The translations under genes were made by a program, and so were the position numbers. A DNA stretch of 63,640 nucleotides, the filler included, from Chiloscyllium plagiosum (Eukaryota): NCBI RefSeq assembly GCF_004010195.1. It is 4 parts of one record of this genome, joined end to end, with 100 filler letters (N's around TTAATTAATTAA, not from the genome) between each part and the next. Parts side by side here need not be neighbours in the genome. Positions count along the whole stretch, not along the records: positions 1 to 27,639 come from NC_057714.1; positions 27,740 to 45,503 come from NC_057714.1; 2 more parts are not named here. One strand, 5' to 3'. Below, piece by piece: positions 22,626 through 37,340 of the stretch. The notes beneath the pieces are model-generated. The model searched no databases. It worked only from the letters and a program-made list of their open reading frames with translations, and was not told where the DNA came from. Numbering within the stretch: position 1 is the first letter of the stretch; the number at the start of each line of letters is the position of its first letter.

Positions 22626-22899
22626 CACAATGTTCTTGATGACTCGCCAAGAAATATGTCTCTCGTTTCCATTTGTGTAAATGCTTTGGATTTTGGCATA
22701 AAAAGACTGATGTTATAATTTGCCTATATAAAGGGGCACAGTTGTGAGTGAGGAATTAACTAGTCAAAGGTACTTCTGCTTCAGTAGTTTTGACATCTCA
22801 GGCTAACATCTCTATTCCTCCAACATTTTGTTTTTTATTGTAAATATGGTTAACAAAGTGATAATGACCAGATAAACATCTTTATTCCGTGATGTTAAT

Positions 22900-23940
22900 T
22901 AATAGTGTTGATTGGTATTAGTCAGGACACAAGGGACAACTCTTATTTTTCTTTGAAGTTGTGACTCAGGATCTTTTGCATGCACCTGAACTGGTTTAAT
23001 GTCACATCTGAAAATGACATCTCTAACAACATAGTGCTCCTGCAGTTCAGATCTAGAGCATCAGCCTCTGTCTTTGTGCTCAAGTCCTGGAGTGCGACTT
23101 GAAACTAGGGCCTTGTTGGAGTTATGGAGTTATAGAGTTCAACCTGCATAAATGTGAGGTGATGCATTTTGGAAGGTTGAATTTGAAAGCTGAGTACAGG
23201 ATTAAGGATAGGATTCTTGGCAATGTGGAGGAACAGAGGGATATTGAGGTGCAGGTACATAGATCCCTTAAAATGGCCACCCAAGTGGACAGGGTTGTTA
23301 AGAAAGCATATGGTGTTTTGGCTTTCATTAACAGGGGGATTGAGTTTAAAAGTCGTGAGATCTTGTTGCAGCTCTATAAAACTTTGGTTAGACCGCACTT
23401 GGAATACTGCGTCCATTTCTGGTCGCCCTATTATAAGAAAGATGTTGATGCTTTGGAGCGGTTTCAGAGGAGGTTTACCAGGATGCTGCCTGGACTGGAG
23501 GGCTTATCTTATGAGGAGAGGTTGACTGAGCTCGGACTTTTTTCATTGGAGAAAAGGAGGAGAAGAGGGGACCTAATTGAGGTATACAAGATAGTGAGAG
23601 GCATAGATAGAGTCGATAGCCAGAGACTATTTCCCAGGGCAGAAATGACTAACACGAGGGGTCATAGTTTTAAGCTGGTTGGAGGAAAGTATAGAGGGGA
23701 TGTCAGAGGTGGGTTCTTTACACAGAGTTATGAGAGCATGGAATGCGTTGCCAGCAGCAGTTGTGGAGGCAGGGTCATTGGGGACATTTAAGAGACTTCT
23801 GAACATGCATATGGTCACAGAGATTTGAGGGTGCATACATGAGGATCAGTGGTCGGCATAACATCGTGGGCTGAAGGGCCTGTTCTGTGCTGTACTGTTC
23901 TATCTTCTATCTATCTCTATCAATTGAGCCACAGGTTAAC
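22900..23940 (-). mobile_element. DeuSINE (SacSINE1/AmnSINE-like) split by a CR1 insertion
   Basis: Deu-domain-like CAGGACAC..GGATCTTTT..CACCTGA..GGTTTAATGTCACATCTGAAA and head TGTGCTCAAGTCCTGGAGTG.GACTTGAA (22900-23110). It resumes as CAATTGAGCCACAG after the CR1 tail at ~23920. Confidence 0.65.
23132..23920 (+). mobile_element. Young CR1/HER1 LINE 3' fragment
   Basis: Nearly intact ORF2 C-terminus (KCEVMHFG, LVRPHLEYCV.FWSP, RGDLIEVYK) with a (TCTA)n tail. Confidence 0.93.
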
Positions 23941-23999
23941 CATGGGTGATGTAGATGCTGAATATATTAGTAAAAGTGTCAGTTATGATCTAAACTGAA

Positions 24000-26145
24000 G
24001 CTGTATATGTTGAGAAAGCGTAACACGATGTATTCCTAAATGGTAAATTTCTTAACCAAAAAAGTGACCAGCAATATCTAGAGGTACAGATATTTTTAGA
24101 TGTAAACTGTAAAGACAAGGTCATCAGTTAAATTAAATTCTTAATTTTATAAATAAAGGGTACTGAATATTGACTTTGAATAAAATGTTGATTAGACCAT
24201 AGTTTCAGCATTTGGAGTTTGGGTGATAGCATTTTGAGTGATACTTAGAGCAATGGAAAGGGTGCAACAAAGGATCACTGGAATGACACTAGGATTCTGA
24301 CATTAGCCTTCAAAGAAAAGACTTGAAAGTTGGATTTTCTTCTATAAATGGGAGTTGAATAGACGGTTTCAAAATTCAAAACAATTGATAAGATGGACAA
24401 TGAAAGCAGTTTTAAACTTGTCTGTGAATTGGTAACAAGAAGACGTGTCAGATTTGTAAAAGAGGGAGCTTGAAATATTTTCATATTTTCTTTCAAGCCA
24501 GTATGGAGTGAAGAAAAATACCAAAGCAAAACTGAATTAGATAAGCATTTTAAAAAAGCAAAGGCATGGATTCTTCATTTCCAGTTAAAATAGGAACAGA
24601 GGCACCAGCTGAATTTCCTGTGCTTAATTTTAAAGTTCCATGAGGAAAGATTTTCTTGGAGAAATGCTGGGTTTATTGAAAAATGAGATTTGATGGTTGA
24701 TAATCAAAGGTCCCGAGAGAATGAGGCTAGGGAAATAATAATGGGGAACCAGGGAGTGGCAGAGGGGTTGAATACATATGTTACATCAGTCTTCAACGCT
24801 AAATAGTCAATAGCTTGTAGTAAATGGGAGGAAATAAATATAATAACAACCACTAAATGAAAAGTCCAAGGGAAACTTTTCTCACCTGGATGTGATAGGT
24901 TACATCTTAAGAATTTAAAGGAAGTTGCTCAGAAATAGTGGATGTATTGGGAGTAATCTTCCAACAATACTTAGATTCTGGAAAAGACCCAGAGGATTGG
25001 TAGAGTCCTAATGTAATCCCCTATTCAACAAAGGGAAGGACACAAAAATAGGGAAATATAAGGTAGTTAGCTTAACCATCTGTCATTGAGAAAATATTAA
25101 GAGTCTATTATAAAGGATGTAAGAACAGAGCATTTAGAAATACATAGTATAATCGGCATGGCTTTGTAAAGGGAAAACCATGCCTAACGTTTATTTTGAG
25201 GTGGGAAGAAGCAGGATCCATAAAGCAGAATTAGTTAACTTAAAACATTTAAATTTCCAAAAGATGTTCCATAAGGTACAGTATATGAGCACCCATACTC
25301 TTCATTGTCTGTATAGACTTGTGAGGTGAGCTCCGGGAATCTATCTTCCCCACTGTCCAACTATCCATTGCTTGGTTAGTTCTGCTATTTTATCTTCCTT
25401 TGGCACAAAATCTAGCATTGACTTTTTTTAAACTATAAATTGTTATTTTGTGGTCACTTAAGGATCTGTAAATTGCCTGGTGCTTTTCCTCATTGATGCA
25501 TAGTTATTTGAAAGTTGTGTCACAGGTAGAAAGGGTAGTTAAGAAGGTTTTTGGCATGCTTGTCTTCATTGTTCAGACCATTGAGTATAGGAATTGGGTG
25601 ACCATGCTGAGGTTGTGCAGGACATTGGGAGGTCACCTTTGGAGTACCGTGTCCAGTTCTGGCCATCCTGCTATATGAAGGATATTAATGAATTAGAGTT
25701 TAGAAAAGACTTACTGGGATTTTGCTAGGACTGCAGGGTTTGAGCTATAAGGAGAGGCTGGATAGGAGAGGGCTTTTACCACTGGAGCTTGGAAGGTTGA
25801 CCTTTTATAGAGGCTTATAAAATCATGAGGGGCATAGATAAGGTGAATAGCAAAGGTCTTTTCCCTAGGGTGGGGGAGTTCAAACCAGGGGAAATATTTT
25901 TAAAGAGAGAGGAGAAAGATTTAAAAGGGAACCTGAGGAACAACATTTTCACACTGTGGATTGTATGTGGAATGAACTGCCAGAGGAAGAGGAAGAGAAG
26001 GGTATAGTTACAACATTTGAAAGACGTTTGGATAAGCACATGAATAGGAAAGGTTTAGAGAGACATGGACCCAAACGCAGGCAAGTAGGACTAGTTTAGT
26101 TTGAGAAACATGGTCGGCATGACTGGTTTCCGTGCTGCATGGCTA
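24000..26145 (+). mobile_element. Cluster of decayed CR1 ORF2 fragments
   Basis: Remnants of PEDW..ANV.PLF (~24990) and the RT C-terminus (25495-26140). Confidence 0.7.
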
Positions 26146-26985
26146 AGACAAAACTTGCCAGAAATTACATCCAAAGAGCTTGGATCAGCATCTAAATTTC
26201 AGCAAGTGCTATCTATTACTAACTTATAGCGCCAGACCTTCTGTGCTGTCAGACTGCATGTCTAACATTCAGTTTCAGATAAGCCACAATTTCCTTCAAC
26301 TAAGTGCAGGAAAGATAAAAAGAAAGTTGTCAGCCCTTTCCAGGCCCCATCTTATTGGACTCTGGGCAGTGCAGTGGAGCCTGTATTTTCTACATTTCAA
26401 AGAATTTTATCTCTGTCACAATACCTTTATGTTGAAACTTGCCCATCTATTGCAGAAACCCTCACCTCTTCCTATGACTGGCACAGACTGAACTATTCTA
26501 GTACTTAACCTGAACAATTTCCAATCCCTTTATCTTTAGTAAGTTTCAATGTATCCAAACCTTGACCTTCTGCTCTGTAACATAGAAGGTACAGCATGGG
26601 TAATCAAATTCAGTCAATGGTCATTTGTAGGTTATGACAAGAAAATAGCGTTAAAATTTCATGGACTGCATGAAATCTTAACTGTTTCATTAATGTCATT
26701 TAAGAAAAGACACTATTTAAAGTTAAGTCAGTTTATGACTTGCATGCCCAATATTCCATGCTTAAATCTTAATGCCCTCAAGGTAACGTGAAATGGGTAA
26801 TAAATACTGCCTTGCTGACAAGTGTGTGCCCTCACTGCTACTGAGAACTGCAAGTTAAATCATCATCTTTTCAAATTTAAATTCCTCCATGGCATTGCCA
26901 TTTCTAGCTCGTCAGTATTCCCTTGCCCTGAACAGTTTCCCAGGATACTTCATTTTTCTAATTCCCAACCTCATGCATTTCTTTT

Positions 26986-27500
26986 CATCATAGAATCCCT
27001 CCAGTGTGGAAACAGGCCATTCGGTCCAACAAGTCCATACTGACCCTTCAAAGAGTATTCCTCCCAGACCCATTCCCCTAACCTATTACTCTAGAACATA
27101 GAACATAGAACAATACAGCACAGAACAGGCCCTTCGGCCCACGATGTTGTGCCGAACTTCTAACCTAGATTAAGTACCCATCCATGTACCTATCCAAATG
27201 CCGCTTAAAGGTCGCCAATGATTCCGACTCCACCACTCCCACGGGCAGCGCATTCCATGCCCCCAACACTCTCTGGGTAAAGAACCCACCCCTGACATCT
27301 CCCCATAACCTTCCACCCTTCACCTTAAATTTATGTCCCCTTGTAACACTCTGTTGTACCCAGGGAAAAAGTTTCTGACTGTCTACTCTACCTATTCCTC
27401 TGATCATCTTATAAAGCTCTATCAAGTCACCCCTCATCCTTCGCCGTCCCAACGAGAAAAGGCCGAGAACTCTCAACCTATCCTCGTACGACTTCCTCTC
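26986..27500 (-). mobile_element. HE1 SINE tail (26986-27090) followed by CR1 3' end (27092-27500)
   Basis: SINE tail as at 8534, (AGAACAT)n tail repeats, and the ORF RMRGDLIELYK...GFFTQRVLGAWNALP. Confidence 0.85.
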
Positions 27501-27739
27501 CATGGAATCTTCGTATCATCGTTTATATGTGTGTGTATGTGTATGTGTGTGTGTCAGTGTTTTTAGAAAAGGAAATATTGATTATATATTTTCAACACCC
27601 AAACATGCATCTTTCCATCATAGTTTGAGTAACATTGCTNNNNNNNNNNNNNNNNNNNNNNNNNNNNNNNNNNNNNNNNNNNNTTAATTAATTAANNNNN
27701 NNNNNNNNNNNNNNNNNNNNNNNNNNNNNNNNNNNNNNN

Positions 27740-28862
27740 TGCTTACCACAAAACATACCCCAGTGATCCAAGAATTTAAATCCTTGTTTCCTGCACCAGT
27801 TCCCCAGCCACACATTCAAGTCCATTATCTCCCTGTTCCTGGCCTCTCCAGCCCGAGGAACTGGAAGCAAACCGGAGATAACCACCCTGGACGTCCTGCT
27901 TTTCAGCCTTCTTCCTAGTTCTCCGAAGTCCCGCTGTAGTATGTTCCTCCTCTTCTTCCCGACATCATTTGTGCCAACATGTACCACCACCTCTGGCTCT
28001 TCACCTTCGTCCTTGAGGAGTTCCTGCACTCTGTCTGTGATGTCTCTCACCCTGGCACCAGGAAGGCAACACACCATCCTTAAATCCCACCTGTTGCCAC
28101 AGAAACCCCGTTCAGTTCCTCTCACTACGGAGTCCCCTATCACCACAGTTCTGTGCGATGTCTGACTCCTCGGCTCTGCCTCCATGCCAACTTTTGATTG
28201 ACAGACCTGACCGCCTCGCGGACTGGCAGTGTCATCTGCCTCTACTGTTTCCAAAAGATTCGACTTGTTCCTGACAGGTACTTCCCCCGCGGTCTCTTGC
28301 ACCTGTCTCCTCTCTGTCTTCCTCATCGTCTTCTCTCTTCTGCTCTCTTCTGGTATGGTCGGTGTAATAACCTCGCTGAAGGTCCTGTCCAGAAAGATCT
28401 CGTTCTCTCGGATGAGCCCAAGGTCCTCGAGTTCTTTCATCAGTGCTGCAGTATGCTCTGTCAGTAGCTGAATGTGCACACACTTTCCACACTTATACGA
28501 GCCAGACACACCAGAGCCGTTGACCTCCCACATCAAGCACGTAGCGCACTGAACCAGCTTGGCAGTCATGTTTTCACCCTCTTCAGCTGTGGTGTAATCA
28601 CTTCACTCAACCTCCTTGTCGAAGACTCCTGAGCTAAAGACTCTCTCTTCTCTCAACAGGAATTTCCCTGGACTCTCTTTTTGGGGCAAGTCTGTGGACT
28701 TTAAAGTTAGGTTAGAGGAGGAGAGTGGGAGTGAGGCCCTACTTTGTAGGACCTGGGGTCGAGAACACACCCACTCAAATAACAATCACTTACCTTCCCA
28801 ACCAGCTCTGCGGTCTGACTTCACTTCCACCCAGTTCCCGCCGCTCTCTGCTGCAAAAAAAA
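27740..28862 (-). mobile_element. CR1 LINE 5' end: 5'UTR and open ORF1 (zinc finger/leucine zipper + SGNH esterase)
   Basis: ORF from 28569: CATCLMWE...YKCGKC, VIGDSVVR, CCLPGARV, VVHVGTND. It is open up to the gap. Confidence 0.92.
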
Positions 28863-31800
28863 CTTGACTCTCCAATTCAACAAAAGAAGAACAGTGTTTT
28901 ATTTTAATAAAGACGTCTTCCATGTTTAGCTGCCATGGAGTACATGAGTCACTCCATCACAGGTACTCTTTTTTGTCCTGTAATTAAATGACTAGGGAGG
29001 TATTGACAATCCAGGTTTCTCTTTATGTAAATAATCCATCCTGGACTGTAGGTGCAGTCGGCACTGAGCCAAACCATCAGTGGGAGGACTAATATTTCCA
29101 GTGATGGCAGGGCTCCAGTAATTTCAGGCTATCAGTGTTTATAGATTGAGAATACTAACTGACTAGAAAATGCAAATTCATTACCCATCTATCATCGATG
29201 CTTTCGAAATATTCTTCAACACTGGAATCTGGTGAGCGTTGTCATAGAAACAACTACTCTCTGTTTGTGAATGCATTTCCAAGGCATTTCTCCACAGACT
29301 GAGAGCATCTTCTGAGGATAGGAAATGGTGCACCGATCAGTCTGGAGCAAGGTGATATTTCATGGTTTTATATCTGTGTATCTGTATGTTTCTAATCCAG
29401 CAATCTGAAAGAATCAGCTTAATTTGCTTCATATATTTTCATCCCAAAATGAAACCTTATTCCTGCTGAAATATATATATTCTCCAAGGTATGTGCAAAA
29501 TTTGTAGGTTCTATGAGGTAAGAAGCATATTTAAATAGTATAATTGAATAATGCTTACATCTGGATGGATGGACAAATAGTAAATGCATTAAGCAATCTT
29601 TTGAGCATGATACCTAAATTTTAGTTTGCATGGTGCACTTCTAACATTTTTTTCAAAAGCAATATTTTTGTCAGAAACAAACTGCAGCACATCAATTATT
29701 GTTTGCTTGCAAATGAATTAAGCGAGATAGAGGTCTGTGCTGGGAGGGCAGCTAAGAACTTTGCAAATGGTACTGACCTGCTTGTTAAGTGAGAAGGCAG
29801 AGGCCGTTGTCTTTAATCCTCCTTCAATCAACTCACACTAATCAGTACTGATAGTTGCAAAATTTAGCCTGGATCTACTTAAGTAATCTAGATTGACATG
29901 AAAGGCAGGGATAGGAAGGAACAGAGAGAAATGAGGAAAGCGAGAAGAGACAAAGGCAAAAAAGGCAAGAAAGACTGGAATCACTTTTCTAGATGAATTA
30001 TCTCTCTTTCTGATTGTCAAGTTACTTGACTAGCTGTAATGCCACATTCACACCAGGTGTACTATGTGACGTACACAGCTACTCGTGAGTTATGCAAAGT
30101 AAAAACCAGCTGGATTCAACTGCCTTTTCTCATGCATTATTAAGTGGACTGAGAATAGACTGCTTGTATCATCGGGATCAAGGTATTGAATAATACTGAA
30201 GTTTATCATTGTTATGGATACAGCAAAGAAAACCAAAGACAACAGGAACAGCCCTTCAAGTCTTTCCCAGTGACAGTCCTTTTCAGTATTTATTTATATC
30301 CTAATGCTTATGTAAGTCACAGTCTCAAAGTCTGCATTAAAATTTGGTGCGTAATTGGGCACCGTGGCATCCATCTTAATGTCAGATCCACTCCTGACAA
30401 GTCAAAGATACATGATGTGTCTCATCTCTGCTCTATAGTTGTGGTAGTTACTGTGGGATAAAAGAATCAGCCTTTTGTGGTGAAGATAAAATAATCTATC
30501 GCTTTAAATGGTATTTTGGAAACAGCCACTCTCTTTTAACGTCAATTGTGAAAGTGGACATGGCTCGACGTTTGGCTATCTTATTTAACTACCACTGTGC
30601 CTCCATTAACCAAACCAGGGAACTATATAGATTTGGGTGACTGGACCACTTGGACATCTCCATCAAGCTTCCCATGTTGGTGGGGCTGTTGTTGGTCAAC
30701 CTCATTCTGCATGTTGCCATGCTTAAAACGCCGAAGGCCAAAAATGTCTCCTGGGTGAGTACTTTATGATCAAGGTAGCAGCTAAAGTGTATACATTCTG
30801 CAGTTTAAGACTATATTGATTTTTATAATTGTTGCATTAGGTTAATGTTAGTTTTCAACTGTTTTATTAATATAATCAAACATTAGCTAATGATTCAAAG
30901 CTGTCACTTTAAATATCTCTTTAAATATTTGGAAGAACCTTCTCCTGTGGGACACTTTTTTGGAACTACCAGGAAGCAAATGTATGAGAGCATGAATTTT
31001 CCTGCTGTGTTATGTTTCAACTGTTTAGTTAGAAGTTCATAAATTGCAATTGTTTCTGTGACACATTTGTATGTAGTAAGTGAAAAAGAAATTGTGCCCC
31101 ACGGGTGAATCTTATATGTGAAAAAGATTTCAGGAGCTTTCATCATAGAAACCTTGTTGAATAGTAGTAGATAGTGATCAATAAGATCTGCAAGGTTTGT
31201 TACTAGCACATGAAAGAAAGTTGAATACTTTGCAAGTACGCCCATTGAAACAAAAAAAAAACCACAAACACAAAGAAACAGATGGATAGATTGTAAATCA
31301 GAAAGAAGTTTAGATTAAACAAGCAGCATGTAACCTCTAGATCCTTTCATCATTATTTGATGCATCTTGATGAGTGTCATTTAGGAAATGAAACATCAGG
31401 TTTGTTTTTGAATCTTTTGTTTTTACATCTGCGTATGTGCAGTTCCAATCAACTATAAGTGAGGCCTGCCCCTGTAATAGGGTCTAAAGCAGGAAGAACA
31501 GATGCCAGTCCTAGATAGAGATTAGTTCTTTTAATGTAAAGTGCTGCACAGTCTAAATCCAAGTTGATTTGCTCATACTTTGTGAGACTCCTATTATGTG
31601 CTGTATGTAGTAATTCTGTGATCCAGCTGTAACAACTTACAGGATGTTAGTGTGACCTATTTTGCCTTTCAAATGATATCAGTTCTATTTCTGGTAACAA
31701 GCAGCATGTTACCTTTTGTATTATTTACATTTAGTGTATAAAATATCTAACGTAAGTTTCTTTGGCCATTGTGATGAGCACAGCTAACGCTTCTCTTCAA

Positions 31801-34800
31801 AAACAATTTGAAAGTAGGTTTAACAATGTTATATATTGCTTATAAATTTTGATTATTGTTTGTAACTTTTGAAACAAAACAGGTAATTCAATAATGAGCA
31901 AACAAAACCACCATAATTTATGCTCCTGCACTTATCAAATATTTACACTTTCATTACAGCTATGCTTATAAATTAACCAGCATACAAAGTTGCAATGCTA
32001 GCTTTTAAATGTCTCCTGTCTTCTGGGATTGGCAGATTTACCGTCCTTGTGATGGCTTGTGAAGTTTTCTTTTGCCTGTTATGTCACAGAGTTAGCAGTA
32101 AATGATGTACATTTTTGGGAGTGCTATTTCCAACTGAAACAGCTTCAATGGCAAAGCGATACCATGATTGCAAGGTACTGTTTCATGGAGTAATGGGATG
32201 TTATTGGTTTTCATTTTCATTTTCCATCTATGCTAAACTCCTTATCTCGGCAGCCTGCTGTGGGGAGACCCAGGGGAGAATGCTTCTGAAAGAGGCAGGG
32301 CAAATTAGAGCATGGATCTCCATCAGCTGCTTTCATGTCACTACTTAAAGGTTTGAAAGAAACAATGGTGATGGACTAAGAACAGACCATGCTGTTTGTC
32401 CACTTTGCAAGGAATGTTGCATATTGTGAAGTAAATACAGAACTGGAGACAAGGAAATCCACTTAAAGTAAAGGAGCCCTGGAGTCAAATAGCATTGTGA
32501 TGTTTAGCCATTAAGGGATATAATATATTTAAACTTGCATCAAATTTCAGTTAGATTTTAGGCTGAATGTTTCAGTTGACATATACAGAAATTGTCATCA
32601 ATTTATGGCATGAGATAACACTATCTTTCAGAGAAATTGCAATTGTTTGGCTAATGGTTTCATATTAACTGTGATTGATTTGACCATAATTTTTGTCAAC
32701 TAAAAAAGAAAGACAGGTGAGGTTATTAATAATGCTTGCAGTAATACTGTAACAACACTTTAAAAGGAGCAGATGCAGAACACTGCCAGATGAATAAAAA
32801 TGGCCACTGCTTCACATTTGCTGGTTTTTAATCCGCTTCAACTGTGATCCATTCTTGCATCACTTACAGTCTCTGTATATAAAACCCTTTTAGAAGCTGT
32901 CAGTGACTGTTTTTTTGTTTAACAACATTATCGTGAAATCAAGCATTCTGCACCTATTCTTGCTGCGCTACAAGCAAACAATAGAAGCGGGAAGTTGCAA
33001 CAGGGAGTGGAAAATGGGAATTTTATACCAAGTTCCTGTAATGTCTAATCTTTTTTAGTTTACAGGAAATGTAAAGGATGTAATACTTCTGTTACAATGT
33101 GATAGCACACTTCACACTGCTCAGATCATTTTTTCATTTTATTAATGTGTTTTTCTTTTCTTATTAAAAAATAAGGAAATGGTTAATAGATTTTTATTTT
33201 TACGGTGAAAATTAAATTATCCAAATAATTAACATGGGATAGCTTACTCTTTTACTCCTTGGAAAATACATTGGCACTTTTTGCATCATTTGAACAAGAA
33301 ATAATCATTAGGAAGAGAAATAGCTGGTGAATCAGTTATTCAGAAGAACAGAAAACAGATGGGTGAGCACTTAAACACACCCAGGTTCCTTATTTACTCA
33401 GGAATTGCCAGGATCTGAGCATTTAGAATTTTATCCCGCTAAACTGAGCAGGTGGGACGGACAGTTGGTTCAAGGTCAGATGTTTCATTTGAATAAATAA
33501 CATTATAATAGCATCCACGTTGTAGCTGTGATCACTATTGTGATCTGCAGTTTTCCTTAGAGACATAGAGAGGATAGCCTATAATAATTGCTGGCTTACC
33601 AAGAATCCCAACTTTTGTGGCCTTTTAAATATTAAGATGTGACAAAGAATTTTGGTTAATGCTTCTTCTTTTGTCCTAACTATATTTGGATGTTTTCTGC
33701 ATATCATTACTTAAACGATATGCTTAAGCTGTAGGCTAGTCTTGTTGGAAGTCTTGGACCAGAAAATATACTCAGACCAAGAGTGCATGAATGTTTACCG
33801 ACTCTATTCAGTTGGTCTTGACATAGCCTTAATATTGTTGCCTTGTGCCTACCAATAATTTGACCTCCATTGACTTTCAGTATCAAGAACTTGCTTTCAG
33901 TCCTCATGTGTGTACGAATGCTGAGAAACCCCGACATTGGATTTTCATTAGTTTGGGCCTTCAACGATCAAATGCTTTAAGAAATCTTATCCAGCATAAA
34001 TCTCGTAGAGCACATGATAATCATTCTTTGACACAGGCTCTAATGGCAATGCTGTTTATGTTTTTGTACAACTTCTCAGGAGTTAGCACATGCAACTCTG
34101 TTTCATATTGACTGAGGTGCACCTGAAGGGGTGTCTAGGGGCATCATCAATCTCTTGCTGCCTGACAACTTCAGTAAGCTCATGGCTTGCCAATTAGATT
34201 TATCTAAATTGCCTGTCTCCTGTCATCCAACCAATTTCCAATCCAAGATGAAAAGCTACCACCAATTTGGTGCACCATCATATATGCTTGTGATTTCCCC
34301 TGGAGAACTTTATTGAATGCATACTGGTAAATTTCTATATCAGTGAATGAACTGAACTTTATCCCTTAATTTGAAAGTAGTCATGCATACCATACACAAC
34401 AGCAAATATTGTTTTTATTCACTCTGGTTAAATAAAAACACATTGCATCATTTTTTATTCTAAATCTTTTCTAGCAATTTATAGCTGGAATAACCTGACA
34501 TCCTCAAATTTTAGAAGATTGCTGTTGAGCAAAAAGACCAAGTATGTCATCACATAATGACTACTGATTTAGCTCATTTTCCTTTTCTCTTGTTTTCCAT
34601 TCAGGGTCTTCCAACCATAACCCTTATCTAGGTTTCTCACTGAACTTGTGCTAGATAAAGGATGATGGAAGTTTGCTCTTATTTCAAATTTAAATTGGGT
34701 GACTGGTTCCTTTAATAAATGTAATTTGATTATCACAGTTTCTTTGATTGATAACTTTGAGTAACCATATTGCTCCATGTGTTTTGCTGTACTGCAAAAT

Positions 34801-34859
34801 GCCATTGTTTTATGCAATCAGAAAATAAAGCAAGAGTACTCACATTGTGCATAAAATAA

Positions 34860-35450
34860 GAGATAGGAGTAAGGTCCCTCAGAGACTGCTGTGCCATTCA
34901 ATAAGAAAATGTCTGATCTTTTACGTCAACTCCACCCACATTAATCCATAGCCTTGAATTTCCTTTGTACTTAAAATCTACTGATGACAGTTTTGAATAT
35001 ACGCAATGACTCAGCAGCCACAGTTTTTGAATAGAGCATTCCAAAGGTTTAGAACTATTAAAATGAAAAAAAATTGCTCACTATCTCAGTCTTAAATGGC
35101 TGACCATTTATTGGAAGACTGTGATTCTGTGTTCTAGATTCCCCAACCGGGGGAGGGATTTTCTCAGCATCTACTCTTTCAAGCTCCTTAAGAATTTTTA
35201 ATGTTTCAAGCAGATGACCACTCATTTTTTTGAACTGGAGACAATAAAGGCCAAGTCCTCTCAATCATTTCTCGCAGAAGTAATACCTAATTTCAGGAAC
35301 CAACCAAGTAAACCTTCATTATACTCCCATTATGACAAGTACTTTTAACCTTGGTTAAGGAGACCAAAAACTGCACTAATACATCAGTTGCAACCTCACA
35401 CCCTGTAGTTATAGTGAGACTGTTTTAGTCTTATACTCCAATCATTTTGG
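34860..35450 (-). mobile_element. Decayed CR1 3' fragment
   Basis: LGLYCL.FKKM.G.LLET.KILK.LERVD remnant. Confidence 0.7.
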
Positions 35451-36589
35451 AATATCCACTGATACTTTGTTGTCTATTCTACTAGTTACACATTCAGAAA
35501 ATGTGAACAAATTTGTCAGCATTGTATTAACCAGGAGCTCTGCGGGATGTAAAAGTCCTGCCCTGAGCTAATTAGTGGCCTGATGATCATAAAATTAGTT
35601 GAGGACAGCAGGCCCTGGGGAGGCAGCTCAGTCCAACCTTTTCAGCTAGGATTAGGTGTTCACCATCTCTACCATTTTTATTCTCTAAAGTGCCTTCACT
35701 TGTCTCTGTTTCAAATGGCATCCTCGTTTACTTTTGCTCATCTCTCCCTGTTGGCAAATGTATTGTTTACAATCTAATCGAGTCTCCTCTCATCTTCACT
35801 CTTTCATTTTCGGTTTCTTGGTCCTCCTTTGAAAATCTGTTCAATCATCAGGCTTATTACACTCTTCTAAGCTTCTATTATAATAAGTATTATAAAGTAA
35901 AGATGAAGTATTATAACTGTAATAAGCTGTCTTTGAATATTCTTGTTCGGCATTGTTGGGCAACTTTTCCATGGACTTTACCTGAAAAGGAATATGGTTT
36001 TCTTTTAAATAAAACATTAATTCTTTAATGGCAATGTCTGGCGTCATGTATTTCATGTAATTCTCTGATGGACATCGCCGAATTGCCTCTCATACCAAAT
36101 AATTTAATATGTTTAGCTTTAACACCCTAATTCCTGAATTAATTAAATCCCATTCAAAATGTAAAATTCTATCATATTACAGAGAGTGTTCCTTAGAGGC
36201 TCCTTTATTGAAAGATTATTAATTAATCCTTTCACATTACATAATACCAGCCTATTGCCTTAGAGGAAATTATTGTGGATGCTGGAAATCTGAAATAAAG
36301 ACAGGGAATACCAAACTAATTTGGCAGCATCTGAGATGAGAGAAAAAATTTCAGGCCTGTGACCTTTTATAACTTGCCTTACCTTACTTAATAGATCACT
36401 CTTCTGCTCCCTGATGCCCCACATTGTCTGCAGCTCACACTCCACCTGAACAATCCTCAGCTAGAATTCCTCAAACTGCAGACACTTGCTGCTGATACGG
36501 ATTCCGGTGTAACATTGCTGTCTGTAAACTCATGTATGCTGCTGTTACAGAATGTCATCTGCTATGAAAATCTATTTATTCTGATTAAG

Positions 36590-37340
36590 ATGAAAAAGGG
36601 ACCTAAAGGGCAACCTTTTCATGTGGGGCGGTGTGTGTATGGAATGAGCGGCCAGAGGAGTTAGAAGCTGATAGAATTACAATGTTTAAAAAGCATCTGG
36701 ATGGGTACATGAATAGGAAGGGTTTAGAGGGGCATGGGCTAAATGATGGCAAATGGAACTAAATAAATTTAAGATATCTGGTTGGCATGGACAAGTTGGA
36801 CTGAAGGGTCTATTTCTGTGCTGTACAACTCTGACTCTAATAGGATATATTGTCTTGGAAGGAGGAAAATGTAGATTTTAGGTTTTAAAATGATATCTAG
36901 ACTTCAGGGGTTAATTTATGAGAAGAGATTAGACAAATTCGGCCTGTTTCCTTTAGAATTTAAAAGGTTTAAGAGGTGATCTAATCGAGATCTTAGTGAT
37001 ATTATCAGGAAAAGACAGGAGATAAACTATTTCAACTGGTCAGGGATTCTAGAACTAAGAGCGTAGTCTGAGAATTAGGGTCAGACTGTTTAGGAGAGAT
37101 GTTAGGAAGTACTCTACACACAAAGGGTGGTTAATGTTTGGAACTGTTTTCCGTTAATGGCAGTAGATGTAGAGTCAGTTTTGAATTTTAAATCAGAGAT
37201 AGATAATTTTTGTTAAGCAAAGGTTTTAAGGGATAAAGGCCAAAGGCCCTTATGGAATTAAGCCTCAGCTCAGCTGTGATCTCATTGAATGCTGGAACAG
37301 GCTTGAGAGGCTGAATGGCCTACTCCTGTTCCTGTGTTCC
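36590..37340 (+). mobile_element. Two tandem CR1 3' fragments
   Basis: Tails end at ~36838 (GAAGGGTCTATTTCTGTGCTGTAC) and ~37340 (GGCTGAATGGCCTACTCCTGTTCCT). Confidence 0.78.

Noticed and set aside
27684..27695. TTAATTAATTAA inside N-runs (also 45548-45559 and 53979-53990)
   Set aside because: An identical palindromic spacer embedded in gaps is an assembly linker, not biology. Contiguity across these gaps is uncertain.
35690..36028. YNLIE-containing ORF as the missing exon 4 of the secreted-protein gene
   Set aside because: It lacks the other expected motifs and suitable splice sites, so it is probably a chance match.
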